Shown: positions 25,301 through 36,854 of the stretch, in pieces
Numbering within the stretch: position 1 is the stretch's first letter
Layout: each line of letters opens with the position of its first letter
Assembly: GCF_964204645.1 (NCBI RefSeq)
Contig: NC_134026.1
Coordinates: 20,866,150 to 20,930,149 of the forward strand
Direction of reading: 5' to 3'
DNA length: 64,000 nt
Origin: Tubulanus polymorphus
Taxonomy: Eukaryota; Animalia; Nemertea
The notes under the pieces: generated by a model
Seen by the model: only the letters and a program-made list of their open reading frames with translations
What the model was told of the DNA's origin: nothing
Database searches by the model: none
Position numbers and translations under genes: made by a program

Positions 25301-28300
25301 TCCCTTATACCAGATTTGTGTCCAAACACTTCTAGTATAGGGCAGAGTGCTTTAAGCATCTACATATAATGTACTACCCCCACTAAATATCTTGATATAC
25401 CGGTATGCTTAAATTTCACTGATTGCAAACCAAATCATCTTTGTATGTGACTGAGGTTCAGTTATACTGAGAGATTTTAGTGGCTGTGTAGGTCCAGGAA
25501 CCTACCTCATTCAAAACCAGATTAATCAGCAGGTCAAGCTGCTATCCAGACCTATATTTACAGAACAGTACAGTTAAGGAGAGTCTTCTGTACTCGCCTT
25601 CAATAAAGTATGCAGAATAAACCAATTTTTGGACGGAATGTGATGATAAAGTTGGATGATAATGATAATCGACCTTGATGCATGAATGTATGCCTTTCAT
25701 TATGTACAGATTCGAGCTGAAATGATGCAGGATAGGGTCCTAGCGTTGAAAGATCAGGAAGAACGTTTGGCTGCGATGCTTGCTAATTTACAGCTTGAGA
25801 AAGCTAAAGAGGTACGTACATGGGTTTTGTTTATTATATACCGCGGTACCTGTTTTCTACCTGTTTATTTTATACAATATATTTTGAATGGTATATATAT
25901 CATAGTATATAATCATAATATATAGATCTATATTGAATTGGAAAATTACATGAAAATTATATTTCGCAGTTGGCGAAGATCGAAGAACAACAGAAAGCAA
26001 TCAACAATTTGAAATCCAGTCTGATGGATGATCTGACAGATCGTGGCGTACTCTCTAACCCCGAGTGTCAAAGAGTCATTGAAATTCACCAGCAGGTAAC
26101 CACACCTACCGAACAACCTTACATTATGTGCTGATGATTAATTACCGAATATCGCGATGAATTGAGACGTTTTGTTTGTTTTTAATAGGAAAAAGAAAAA
26201 CTCAACAAAAAACTTGAAGTGCAAAGACAAAAACAAGAAAAGGTTTGTAGTAAGCAGAATGTTGTCGTCAACAAGTCCATTATTAGATTTTGAAATTTTG
26301 TGCATGCATTCTCGTTAATCTTAAAATTCAGTTTTTGAAGAGTAAACTGCAAGAAAAAATGTCCAAGAGGGAAGCGAATTTAGTTTATCAGCAAGACCAA
26401 GAAATCATGCAGGCAACGTCAATGGGAACTAATAAAACAGCAGCTCGACTCAGAAAGGCAGCTCTGATGAGTAAACACGTATTGGAAATGGAACAATTGA
26501 GGTGCGCACTTACAAATGAATAACAGTCTACCCTCGATTATCCGCCCTCCAATTAACTGCCATTCCAGAGGCGGATTTTGGGGGTGGTCTCAGGAGTCTG
26601 GACTCATGCCTTCCCATTGAAGTTGCCCTTTTCGTCAAGACAAAAATCGCTCAGAATCTGCTGATTTGACACGCATCATTTCAGAAAATGCATATTTTCC
26701 GATGTATCTCTAAGACCGATGGTGGGACCCGCTAGTACGACATACCTGCTTTATCTGAAAAATGCCTTTTCTTTTCTTCTGGACCCTGGCCTCCCAGATT
26801 TCCTAGATCCGCCCCTGCATTCTAAATATCCACAGTAAAATGCCTGTGTACAGATTTCCCTAACGCAATTTGTGCTTGACTATTGCCAAATTCACTTACG
26901 CCAACCGCCACGGTATATTTGTTTCAAAAGAGCTTTTATAGTCTAGTATATTCCAGCAAATACGGCATTATCCACCAAAATAAGCCTTGTCCCAAAGTTG
27001 CCAGATGACCGGTAGACTAATTCATTGGTTAATTGATTACAAATATTGCATATAGAATGAGGCTTGAGCTGAACTGTGAAATATGGAAAATGACTTTTGA
27101 TTAATAATTTCGAATTTTGTTTTAGAAATCGTATTGAAAGGGAAATTGAACAGAATCTTCAAGAGTTGAGAAGGCAGTTCGAAATGAAAAAGATGTCTTT
27201 GATGCAAGAGAGGGTAAGCGATTGAAGAATCGTTTTCATTCAATCCTATCTTGTTAGAAAAACTGCTCGGGAAATCTTTTGTGATGGTCTGTAAATGTGA
27301 TATTTCTAGGAGCTGCAGTTCATTGCGGGGTTAGTGCGATTGGGTCATTTCCAGAAGGACGAATTATTAGATGTGTTACACTTGTTGTTTCCCATGAAAT
27401 CGGAAGAAGAAATCGCTAACCTGTTCGCTCAGATTTACACGAAAGAAAAAGAACCCGAAACGCAAGAAGAATACGAACAGCAACAAAAAGCGTAAGTTTA
27501 TTTTTTGTCTGATGAAGGATGCTCTGATGAAGGATGTAAGAATCATTTTGTAGTAATAGCTTTGGTTGAAATCCTAGTTCGTTAATTGCATGTCAATCAT
27601 CCAAACACTTGGTGAACTATGTCGCTGCTTGACGAAACTAATGGAAAATCTGTACAAAGCATGATAACATATATAACTCAGGCTCGTACCTAACCCTAAG
27701 GGAACCTCTGCTTATTGATGAATTTTCGCTCTCTAGTTTGATCCCCTCCAAATAAAAATGTTTTCATGAATCAAACCCCGCAATATCAGAGCTGGGTAGG
27801 AGCCTGCTATCATTTATGTGACCTCTTGTTGGGGCTTATTATGTGTATATTTACTATTTCTTAACCTGAACAGGTACTTGTTCATTTATTTTACATTTTC
27901 ATAGTTAATTGTCCTGTGCATGTTTATGTATTATGTAAAATTTTATTTTGATTTTGTTTACTATCTTCTATTCGACATAATCTAGCCACCTTCATTGTGC
28001 GTTTATTTTTTCAACAATGATGTGAATTATTCTATAAGTGATTTTGTGTACATGCGTCAAAAAATTTTCTTCTTTGTATTGTGTATAGATATGTCTGTTT
28101 GTCTATGTTACGTATACCATATGTTCTATTTTAGCCTGAGTATGAGCTCTTTATCGACATTAGCTTTGAGAATCAAAGCTGCCACTTACGGATTATCAGA
28201 TGATTCTTCGCCATTACTTAAAAGAAGGTAAGTAGTGAGCACTGCATAGTGTAGAAATGATAATTCATTAGGGGAGATATATTAGATAGATCTTGGAGTA

Positions 28301-30508
28301 ATGATTACTCCAAGGATAGATTCATTGGAATTGTACAAAAATTAGAAAGTATCAACAGATAGCTAACCGCTTTTCAATGCTGTAATTTATCTAGAATTAA
28401 AATGGCATGGTAGATGGCGCAGGCCTAAAAATAGATTTGCCTTTATATTGTACGTTGGTTATACCATGGACTTTGTTTAAAAGTCCATGGTTACCAGATA
28501 TACATAGCCTATGATTAGCTTAGAGTCTGATTGTAGTTATTATAGATAGCTGCTAATGTCCACTATAATGATGTATTCATTACTTCATGGCCCAAATTTG
28601 TTCTAATAAATCATCTTTCCCTAAATACCAGATGATCTTACAGGTTACCCTAAAACAACGTCTAGATTCTAGACCACCAACTTCCGAACTGGGGTTCTGA
28701 ACTACTTGTTTGGAATCTCAGAACTTGGCCTTCCTGAGTTATGTTCTCTCCTTACCACTCTAAAAGGTCAATTTGATTATCAATTTTGAGAGACTATTGT
28801 TAGGCTACTGATGCTGACAATTCATAGCAGAAATGAACTGTATTTTTGATGGGATTTTCAGTTTCAGTACACCACCAGAGTTTGACATCAGCTTCCTCAG
28901 TGGAAATAATGATGATTTAACGCCAAGTATAAAGTATGACACAGTTGGTCGATGTGCTACTAACATTTGTTACGTTTGAAATTGTATTCATTTACTTAAC
29001 AACATTTAATTATTCTATTGTTGGCTTTGTCATGGTATTATTGTGTTTTGACTTCCTGTATGTAGTGGTATTTTCTAAAAAAAACTTGCACGTTGTATAA
29101 TGTATTTGTTGTCAATATTTCTTGCACATATTTCTATGCTTGTTCTCTTCTATGCGGTACTGTTTTTATGTGTTGTGTTGTAGTAATCCTCTTCCTAATA
29201 ATGTCCCTGACTTCTTGAGGAGGGGATGATATTGTTTTGGGTGTACCCTGTCTGTGTCTACGTGAATTTTGTTACTGCAATAACTCAAAAACCAGTTGGA
29301 ATAAAATAGTTTGATATTCATGTCAAGTGTAGCGTGGTGTGAAGATGAACTTATTTGATTTGAAGGAAATCGTATTCAAGACGGCTGTCTTGGCTTAGAA
29401 GAGGCCAGCTTCGATTTAAAAAAATGTAGATTTTGACGTATAACTGTGAATGTACTTCATTTAATCAAAGCTATGATATCTTATGAATTATTCAATTTGA
29501 GGGAATAATCGATGAGAATGCAAATAACTGCATATCAATTTTTGATTTATTCAATTTAATGACGGTCGAAGTAGATTTTTGGTTAACAAAAAGCAATGTT
29601 GATACCAGACCTGAGTTAGGGAGGTTTACAGGAAACTAGTTGTTCTCTCGTTTTCATACATTTAATTTTTCATACATGAATAACGGGGCAGAGATTTTCG
29701 ATTATTGAGAAAATGTTTCAGTCGTTATAGCGGAGGCTTGACTAGACTGCTATAGCCTTGAAATTAACCCATATAAGATGATATAAGTGATGGGAATGCA
29801 TGCATAGAAATCAATGAGTTCCGGTAGCAGGCGGAACTTATAATCCTATGAATACCAGCCTTAAAACGGTTTATAAAGAATCTACACAAAATTCTGCAAA
29901 TCCGTAACTTCTCCAATTTTTAAGCTTTTGTAAGCATAGAATTTTGAACCATGGCCTATGGTTGCACAATGGTACAGTAGAATTCGCTTAATTTGGTTTT
30001 TTTTCTCCGGATTTTCGCATTATTCGGATGAAATATTTGGTCCATTTAACCTGGAACAATGTAAACTATTATTCATAATACGGATATTACTTCACTCAAA
30101 GAAATCTGGGCAGTCCCTAGTCATTCGAACTAACTTTACTGTGCATACAACAATACAAGGACCTAGATAATATGGTACTCAATTCTAGCTAGGAGATCCT
30201 TATTCCTAATATATATATATATATATATCCGAGGCCTGGCAAGATTTTAATGTATAAGCATGACAACTAGTCGGTCCTAAAACAGAAAAGATTCAACCAT
30301 TTTTCGAATCTTCTTTTACAGGAAGAAGAAAAAGAAAAGCAAACGATTCGGTAAATTATTGGGCAAAGAGAAAACAATGGATGTTGATGACGAGTTGCCA
30401 CCTCTAACCGGATTCCGTCCACGTCCCGAAGGCCAAAGTTCTAACGATGTCGTCGATGATCAGCAAATACAGGCTCGCAACAAGAAATTGCCTCCAATCA
30501 ATACGTGA
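13330..30508 (+). CDS. EVC2: EVC2/limbin-like type I membrane protein, about 30 coding exons
   Basis: Signal peptide MNSIVVWVIVASSILTMAMSQ (ATG 13360, or upstream ATG 13330). Ectodomain exons 13314-14181, 15602-15848, 16311-16478, 16976-17223, 17537-17683, 18461-18689, 19098-19228 and 19713-19784 join in frame. TM exon at about 19948-20081 (YGLTVLAAFLGLLVAVILVCVIFAIL). Then ADESLVFILALKDKLQIHRELDSLDILSTINTDIDIGNERNDASIQATLALINSL, which resembles the EVC2 juxtamembrane segment (IIDILSSEDPGSMLQALEELEIATLNRADADLEACR), then long coiled coil. Last exon 30322-30508 ends ...RNKKLPPINT*. Confidence 0.85.
14646..15169. mobile_element. PIF/Harbinger-like MITE in EVC2 intron
   Basis: TIRs AGGGGCACTCAGGTCGCCCT ... 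AGGGCGACCTGAGTGCTGCT, flanked by TTA on both sides (3-bp TSD). Internal repeats of gcgacctgagcgc. Confidence 0.75.
15909..16212. mobile_element. Degenerate non-autonomous DNA element (CAGGGGCGGATC-type ends)
   Basis: Starts cagccggggcgaatcaagg and ends ccccctctggatctgtcattg. G/C-run-rich interior, as in the 26566-26817 element. Confidence 0.4.
18055..18271. mobile_element. Penelope-like derived long inverted repeat (about 85-bp arms)
   Basis: ataagataaaaacccactatgtacaaatt...aaatgaaataca pairs with tgtatttcattt...aatttgtacatagtgggtttttatcttat. A hammerhead motif sits in the loop. Confidence 0.7.
18149..18190 (+). ncRNA. Minimal type I hammerhead ribozyme motif (Penelope type)
   Basis: ACAC-CTGACGA-T-GATCT-ctagggta-AGATT-GAAAC-GTT-GTGT: CUGAnGA core, stem II, GAAA, palindromic ACGT in place of stem III, stem I ACAC/GTGT. 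Confidence 0.6.
18812..18927. mobile_element. Hairpin MITE
   Basis: ggggctggttttatagactggtattacctttaa ... ttaaaggcaatacccgtctataaaacctgaccc, a near-perfect palindrome. A related element lies at 31156-31321. Confidence 0.65.
19286..19652. mobile_element. Penelope-like derived element with about 45-bp inverted termini and an antisense degenerate hammerhead
   Basis: Termini tccaatattagtagttgacaaaaacccacaataaaaag / ctttttattgtgggtttttgtcaactattgatattgga. The minus strand at 19337-19382 reads TTGAAAA-TGGCTCA..TGAGTT-GAAAC-GTC-AAACTA. Confidence 0.6.
26524..27018. mobile_element. Tc1/mariner-like MITE interrupted by a second MITE (26566-26817)
   Basis: Outer ends cagtctaccctcgattatcc / ccagatgaccggtagacta. 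Inner element CAGAGGCGGAT...ATCCGCCCCTG is flanked by the direct repeat CATTC (26561-26565, 26818-26822). Confidence 0.6.
28862..28933 (+). other. Candidate cassette exon of EVC2 (72 nt, phase 2-2)
   Basis: ttttcag|tttcagtaca...agtataaa|gtatga; in frame between the flanking exons, encoding SFSTPPEFDISFLSGNNDDLTPSIK with no stop. Confidence 0.45.
29198..29560 (+). mobile_element. Helentron/DINE-like non-autonomous element remnant
   Basis: atgtccctgacttcttgaggaggggatgatattgttttg hairpin head, ctgtctgtgtc tract and caagacggctgtc motif. Similar aagatggctg motifs at about 8040, 23065 and 62045. Confidence 0.4.
29975..30142. mobile_element. Tc1/mariner-like MITE (same family as 52889-53064)
   Basis: TA-cagtagaattcgcttaatt...gaaatctgggcag...ctttactgtg, collinear with the copy at 52889. 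Confidence 0.65.
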
Positions 30509-30679
30509 TTCAACATAACGCAAAAATGCCAGTATACTTCTAATATCTGTATGTCTTCATGTTTTGTCAGTATTGTAATAACATGAGAAAATAATTCTTC
30601 CTTTTTCGGCAGCTTTTTGCAATATCTACTATAAAATATACATGTACCGGTACTTCATTTTTCATAAGCTAGTAATATA

Positions 30680-30839
30680 CAGTAGACTCCCTGTCCTAAA
30701 TCGATTAGAAAAATTATTTCTTGTAGAGATATTAGGTGATTATTTGACCATGGAACTTTAATTTCTATTTTATCCTGAAGAGATTTATAGTCAAGTCAAG
30801 TGATGATTTGACTGGAAAGGATTTGAGGAGAGTATACTG
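30680..30839. mobile_element. Tc1/mariner-like MITE in EVC2 3'UTR
   Basis: TA-cagtagactcc ... gagagtatactg-TA. Confidence 0.55.
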
Positions 30840-31155
30840 TACAGTACAGAGCGAAACCTCGTAACAACTCATTCTTCATTTGGGTCATCATTTTCCAATA
30901 AATCATTTATCGAAGTGCGTTATGAAAATGTACCACTCTTTTTATATAAATTGGTCAATAATGCTACGTTGATTTTAAAGAATTTGTATCCAAATTTAAT
31001 GCACGTTTCGCCAAAATGCGGGCTTTTACTCGGCTGGGATGGCTGGTGATCTTATGTAATTCACAGTATCAGTGTATTCGTATTTTTCATTAAGAATTGC
31101 AAATGAATGTCTTAAGCATTCACTGATATCAGTATTCATATTGAGAATTTGACAC

Positions 31156-31321
31156 CAGGGCTGGGTTTCATAGGTGTGGAAGAAAAATAGTCCCTGCGAT
31201 TATTTTGTACATTCATCAGTTATAACCATGGTTTCTCATTGTTACCATAATGGTTCTCACCTAGATTGAGGATTTAGCCCTGGGGATAACTTTGATACTC
31301 AGTCTATGAAACCGTGCCCTG
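31156..31321. mobile_element. Hairpin MITE in EVC2 3'UTR
   Basis: cagggctgggtttcatagg ... gtctatgaaaccgtgccctg. Confidence 0.55.
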
Positions 31322-33089
31322 AAGTGCAGTAAAAGCTGGATCCAATGAGAAAATGTATTCTGAATTGAAGTGTATGTAGTATTGGTATATTTTTTCTAAG
31401 TGGAAGCAATGTTCAGATTAGATCAAAATTCAGATCCTAATCTGTCAGAATTCGTATCTTTTTTTTAAAAAACATAGATGGTATTTCATTGTTGTTCTAC
31501 CTTCCACCTGCATCACCAGTAATCTGAATTTTTACTAAATTTACATGCACAATGTATAGGAATAGGAATATATGATACTGGAAGATTCAGTATTTTGAAT
31601 AATATGATGAACTGTCTTTAATTACACTGTATTGAGGAATATATGATATAGGAAGATGCAGCATTTTGAACATGTTGAACTGCTTTTAATTACACTGTAT
31701 CAAGCTCATCAAATGGCAACTACTCTAAATTATTAGCCAAGCTAATTCAATGTACATTACACCAGTTATTCCCAAAATTTCTGAGAGAGCAGGGGAAGAA
31801 TTTAACCCTAGAAGGCATCACTTGCTCAGCTGATAAAAGCCCAGTCTATAATACCATAGCATCATCCGTCCATATTGTATTATTTGAAATATTTAGTTAT
31901 TGTTTATTAAAAGAGTATTTATCTCAACACGTTTCTGAACGTTTTTCTTCATAAATTTTTTATTTAGAAGCGCCACTGTACAGTCTAGTTAACGTTTTGT
32001 CATCTGTGATCATGTTTACTCTGTTATCTAATGATAAGAATTACTGCTATGTATAGTTACAAATAAATATATTTCATAAATAGATGCCGCACTGTTGATC
32101 TTGATTCATAAGTATCAGCTAATTAAAATATAGGAGTTCATATATTTCGGCAGGTACGCACTGGTAGAGGTCCTCCCAAGGAAAAGGATTCCTGATTCAC
32201 TCTAGGGGGTTGACATATTAGAAAGGACTACCGGTAATGTTTGGTATTAAATACCGGTACTTGTGAGAGTTTGGTGTACCTGCTCCTTAATATCTTATTA
32301 GCAGAGAATACTAATTGAGGAAAGTAATTACAGCAACCATTCAATAGAATAGAAGCGCTCGTCATCCATTCATTAAAATAACTTTTATAACCATTTTTAA
32401 GAGTTTGCATCAAAGTCAACAATGGTCCCAACTTTATGCATATCTTGCACTAGGGAGAAGCAACATCACATACTGACCTGTGAAACACGGAGCACTAGCA
32501 TTGGGCAACGCTACAGTTGTCTAAAGGGTTCCAACCCACAAAATAAACTCTCAACAGCTCCTTACTCGACTGATTGTGTAGATTTGCATCATATTCAGCA
32601 GTTACATGATCCTCTCAATAGCTCTCAACCCAACTATTCATAAGTCACCTTGTACCCGTCCAGTCAAACTTAGTTTTCATCTATTTTTTGTTTAATTTGT
32701 ACTCCAAGTTCAATTTACTTGAAGTGTCAGACAAGCTGACATTTAGATAAGTCCTCAACAATGGCTCTAACTGTGAGTTTAAATTTCAATACTCGGAAGG
32801 CATGCAACTTCACCAAAACCCAAAATGGACGAAGTCTTTTCGATATACTATGACGCATTTACAGTTTACTTTATTGTCCTGTAATGAAATACAATAATGA
32901 GACATAATTCAGTCTTGATGAAATGCTATAGACAGATTATGTAGTTCCTTTTCATTACGTCACAAATGTGACCAACGGAAAACATGGCGTAAAATGTATA
33001 TTTACTGAGCACTGGCATTAAAAACAAAGTTATGGGGACATTATAAAGGACTTGAACAGTCCTTCAACCTTTTTCTTAAAATAAAAGCC

Positions 33090-35366
33090 TTAAACATCAC
33101 TGTTGTCTTTAATTGAAGATGTATCTTCAACATTTGACTTGACATCTTCCATTTTAACCTCTTGTTCGGATGACGAATTATTTTTATCAGCAGCGCTGCC
33201 ATTCGCTTCTTTTTTTCGTTCCTCCTTTAACGCGGCTTCCTCGATTAACGTTTCGACGTTTTGTCCGCACAAACGCAGGAAATGATGGCGTTCGTGTTTA
33301 CCGATAAACGTACGCGCCGATTTCGTGCCGAGCCAACCACATAAATCGATTTGACAACGAGGCTCGTCATCGGAGTCGCCGGACTGCTCGTATTCGAACA
33401 ATACGCACCCCGGCGTTATACCGGCCAGTTTCTCACGTGTTTCCTCCGTCAACGTCGTCAGCAACGGATTCTCTTCAATTCCGAGCAGCTGCACCATATC
33501 GACGAATGGTATCTTCACGACGCGTCGATCGAAATACGACTTCAACTGGTGCACGCCTTCCTGCGCGATGCGATACGCGCATTTCACGTGCACGTTTTCG
33601 TTACGCGTGAACATACGCAGGCCGAGATTCACCGCGCGCAACCGGCGCCCATTGCTCGACGCGATTTGTTTAATCGGCTCCGACGTGAAATACAAATTGC
33701 GCTTGCGACCGGATTCGCCGCGATACAGAAGCTGCGTGTACGGAAAATCGGCATTGATGTCAAAGAATGCACGGATCTCCGGCCATAATTCTTCGTCGCC
33801 GTCCTCGACGTAGAACACCTTGTCCTCGGAGTAACCCTTCATGCGTTTATTTTTGAAAATATTCTCCGGGCTTCGCGAGCGTTCGCGTTTCGCTCGCGCG
33901 ACGCCCTCATCGTTCGTCGGAGGATCGCTTTCGAGTTTATCTTCGGAAACGCCGTCTGTCGGAGCATCTTCCGGAGTCTCCTCGATCGGAGCATCCGATG
34001 CTTTATTGCTACCGGAAGCTATGCATTCGTCGACCTTCGGCGAATCGACGATATCCATTCGAGCGATCGATTCTTTATGAAGAACAGCGATAAAAAATCC
34101 ACCCGTGTTTTGATGATGCGGCAAAATGCGCAGGCATCGTTCCAAACGTAGATTCTCCGCGTCGTCCGTCGATGGCGGAAACATCGTTTTGAAGCACACG
34201 GTTTTCAGATTCGCCGGAACGTCGTCGATCGTCGACATCCACGTTCCTGCGCGATCGCGCAACTTCCACGTTTTTAAACCGGGCGCGGTCTTCAACGCGG
34301 GCAACCGCTCGCCGACGTCTACCAACGTCATCTCCGGGTGTTCGAGCAGAACGGACGCGATCACCGCCTCGTCCTCGATTGGATTCATCGAGCAAGTCGA
34401 ATAGACGATTCGACCGCCGTTTTCCAGCAGTTCGATTCCCTTTTCGAGAATCGCGCGTTGCGTCCGGTGTAAATTGCACGCCATCAACGGATGCCACTTT
34501 TTCCAGATGTCGATATTTTTACGTATCGTGCCGTCGCCGCTACACGGCACGTCGGCGAGAACGCGATCGTACCTCACGCAGTCACCCGCCGCGTTCGCCT
34601 TGATGCGCGGGAACTTCGCTGCGTCATGGTTGACGACCATGAAGCACGGGCTTTCGATGCGTTTGATCTGATGAACCATCAAGTAGCAGCGTTTGTTGTC
34701 GACGTCGTTCGCGATGACGAAGCCGTCCGGCGTCACGCGCGACTCGTCGGCCGAGTGCAACAATTCGATGATCTGCGCCGTTTTCGAGCCGGGCGCCGCG
34801 CACATGTCCAAAATCTTGTGATGCGACTCGACGTCGAGCAACAACGGCGGAATCATGCTCACCGCTTCCTGACGGCTGATATTTCCGCTCTCCGTTTCGG
34901 CGATGAGGAACTTGTGGAAACTGTGCAGTTCGGGAAGCTTGCGTATCGCGCTACGCGACAAGTTCACCTGCCACGCGAGGGCGCCCGGATACCACGCTAT
35001 TTCGCGCGGCGGCTCGACCTTCTCGCCGTCGACAGTCGCGTCCGATAAATGTCGGAAGTACTTGGTTTTCATCATTTTGACGAGTTCCTCGGCCTGACTA
35101 CGGATTCCGGTGACTCGAAACGTCGTCGGCAATGGATTCTGTAATGCGCTGACGAACGCGTCCCATTCTTCAGCGGGAATGACCTCGATTCCCTTGTAAT
35201 ATTCGAACATCTGTTGATTCACGCGTTCGATCGGATCCCAACCTTTGCGCATGTGACCGGGAGGTCTGTCGTCGATTCTTTTGCCCGATTCATCATACTT
35301 AGCCGGTTCCCAGTTCTGTCTCTCGTGTATCGGCTTGTTCGGTCTGTTATGCTTTCTTCGCGGCAT
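33090..35366 (-). CDS. NSUN2: tRNA (cytosine-C5) methyltransferase NSUN2/Trm4, single coding exon
   Basis: Motifs GNISRQEAVSMIPP, LDMCAAPGSKT (SAM binding), DVPCSGDG (motif IV Cys), YSTCSMNPIEDE (catalytic Cys) and HHQNTGGFFIAVL, plus the C-terminal YRIAQEG region. Likely start is MPRRKH at 35366, after an acceptor ttttcag at 35396. Confidence 0.95.
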   Translation of the reverse strand: MPRRKHNRPNKPIHERQNWEPAKYDESGKRIDDRPPGHMRKGWDPIERVNQQMFEYYKGIEVIPAEEWDAFVSALQNPLPTTFRVTGIRSQAEELVKMMKTKYFRHLSDATVDGEKVEPPREIAWYPGALAWQVNLSRSAIRKLPELHSFHKFLIAETESGNISRQEAVSMIPPLLLDVESHHKILDMCAAPGSKTAQIIELLHSADESRVTPDGFVIANDVDNKRCYLMVHQIKRIESPCFMVVNHDAAKFPRIKANAAGDCVRYDRVLADVPCSGDGTIRKNIDIWKKWHPLMACNLHRTQRAILEKGIELLENGGRIVYSTCSMNPIEDEAVIASVLLEHPEMTLVDVGERLPALKTAPGLKTWKLRDRAGTWMSTIDDVPANLKTVCFKTMFPPSTDDAENLRLERCLRILPHHQNTGGFFIAVLHKESIARMDIVDSPKVDECIASGSNKASDAPIEETPEDAPTDGVSEDKLESDPPTNDEGVARAKRERSRSPENIFKNKRMKGYSEDKVFYVEDGDEELWPEIRAFFDINADFPYTQLLYRGESGRKRNLYFTSEPIKQIASSNGRRLRAVNLGLRMFTRNENVHVKCAYRIAQEGVHQLKSYFDRRVVKIPFVDMVQLLGIEENPLLTTLTEETREKLAGITPGCVLFEYEQSGDSDDEPRCQIDLCGWLGTKSARTFIGKHERHHFLRLCGQNVETLIEEAALKEERKKEANGSAADKNNSSSEQEVKMEDVKSNVEDTSSIKDNSDV

Positions 35367-35892
35367 GTTGCTGATTAGCCTGGCCGTGGATGCACCTGAA
35401 AATTTCAATAAGATAATCAATTTAGTACGAAGCTATTGCGTAAAACCAAAATGCTATGACACCAAATTTCAAAATCTAAAATGTTGAGTAGATCAACTGA
35501 TGGTGAAACTGGATTTCTGGCGAATCACAGACACAGTACTTGGTCTTAGTATCGAGAAAATACCGTTTAAGTATCTGTGTACATCAGACACTACTTTTGG
35601 TGATTTACAACTCTCATATGAGCCCCTTGAGCCTGTGACTGCGCTGTCTGGTGTGACAGGATAATGACCAGTGTGTTTGGTTGGGGAGTTTGGTGTGGTC
35701 ATGGTGGTGTCCCCCTGTTGTTGTTGTAGGCCTACTTACTCTACTCTACTGACTGGACTGGATCCTCTGCCCTCTGCTCTGTGGTGGCTGTGTGGCCGAG
35801 GGCCCAAAACTATGTTTTATACCCGAACCCGGTATGCAGTACGAGTATCGATTAATTAAAGAACGTCACACAACATTTGGAAGCTTACTCAC

Positions 35893-35990
35893 TCGGTGTC
35901 AGAAGTTTCTGAAGGCAGTTTACGCTGATTGAACGTCGTATCAAAATCAAATTCGGCAATAATAATGTAGCAACAGGGATCCACATGTGT
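35893..35990 (-). other. Probable non-coding first exon / promoter of NSUN2
   Basis: Donor ccga|gtgagt at 35892 matches the acceptor at 35396, giving a 5'UTR intron of about 500 bp. The upstream limit is a guess. Confidence 0.45.
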
Positions 35991-36854
35991 AACAGGTGAC
36001 GGTTAGTTCACGTAGGCCTACGCCACATAGGCGATTGAATTGAATTGGTACCTTGCAACTCAAATTAAATTCAATTTATATATTCATCAGATTTTCAATC
36101 AATGAACAAAAGGAAAGAAATACAAATACAGTGATTGTATAGAAAACGGCTACGTTCTTAGCTTCAGACGGCTCCGGGTTAAATCGCTCGAGCTCGAGAC
36201 AAATACATATAGGTATATAATAGTCAATTGTGATGAAATGATAACTCGTGGCACTGATTGATTTAGTTGAATCGACTGAAGTTGAAGTTAACTTGAACCA
36301 GTAATTAGACGAGAATGACGAGAAGTGCAAATCTCCACTTTACCCTCACTTGTAACATAGGAGTAAGCGTTATATTTCTATGCTTGTGAAAAACACTCGG
36401 TGCCCGAAGCGCATCAGGTCTTGGGTCGGCCCGGCGCAAGAAAAATGAATTGTGTAGATGTAAAGATCAATGTCGATAACATTCCCAGATAGATAGTTTC
36501 ATGTCCATAAAAATTTCCCTTGACCATTTTTTCTCCTACAATCCTAGATCGCCACAGGTTTTGGTTCATAAAAAACACTTTTTTCGATTTTGTATGAAGA
36601 TCTGCATCCAATCAGCTTACATGTGCATTCAAGAAACAAGCGCACTAGATTTGTTGAATACCGGGTAGTCAAAACAAGTAGTATGACGACAGTTCAATGT
36701 ACCGGTACCATTAAAATCGAAAAACTCGTAAATATTGACGAAGAATCTTTCATCGCTAATCAGGATTTTAATAAGCCTGTCCGAAGTGATTATACGTAAC
36801 TGCCAATGATTACCAGTTATGTACTGGAATCTCAAGATTAAATCTTTTAGTTTT

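Noticed and set aside
27508-27540. Tandem CTGATGAAGGATG (hammerhead core or snoRNA C box)
   Set aside because: No stem II/GAAA or matching D box with terminal stem nearby; probably a short local duplication.
33103-35097. Multiple 60-185-aa ORFs overlapping NSUN2
   Set aside because: Shadow ORFs caused by the GC-rich codon usage of the NSUN2 CDS; no recognisable motifs.
35480-35800. Intronic snoRNA in the NSUN2 5'UTR intron
   Set aside because: No convincing C/D or H/ACA box arrangement on the minus strand.
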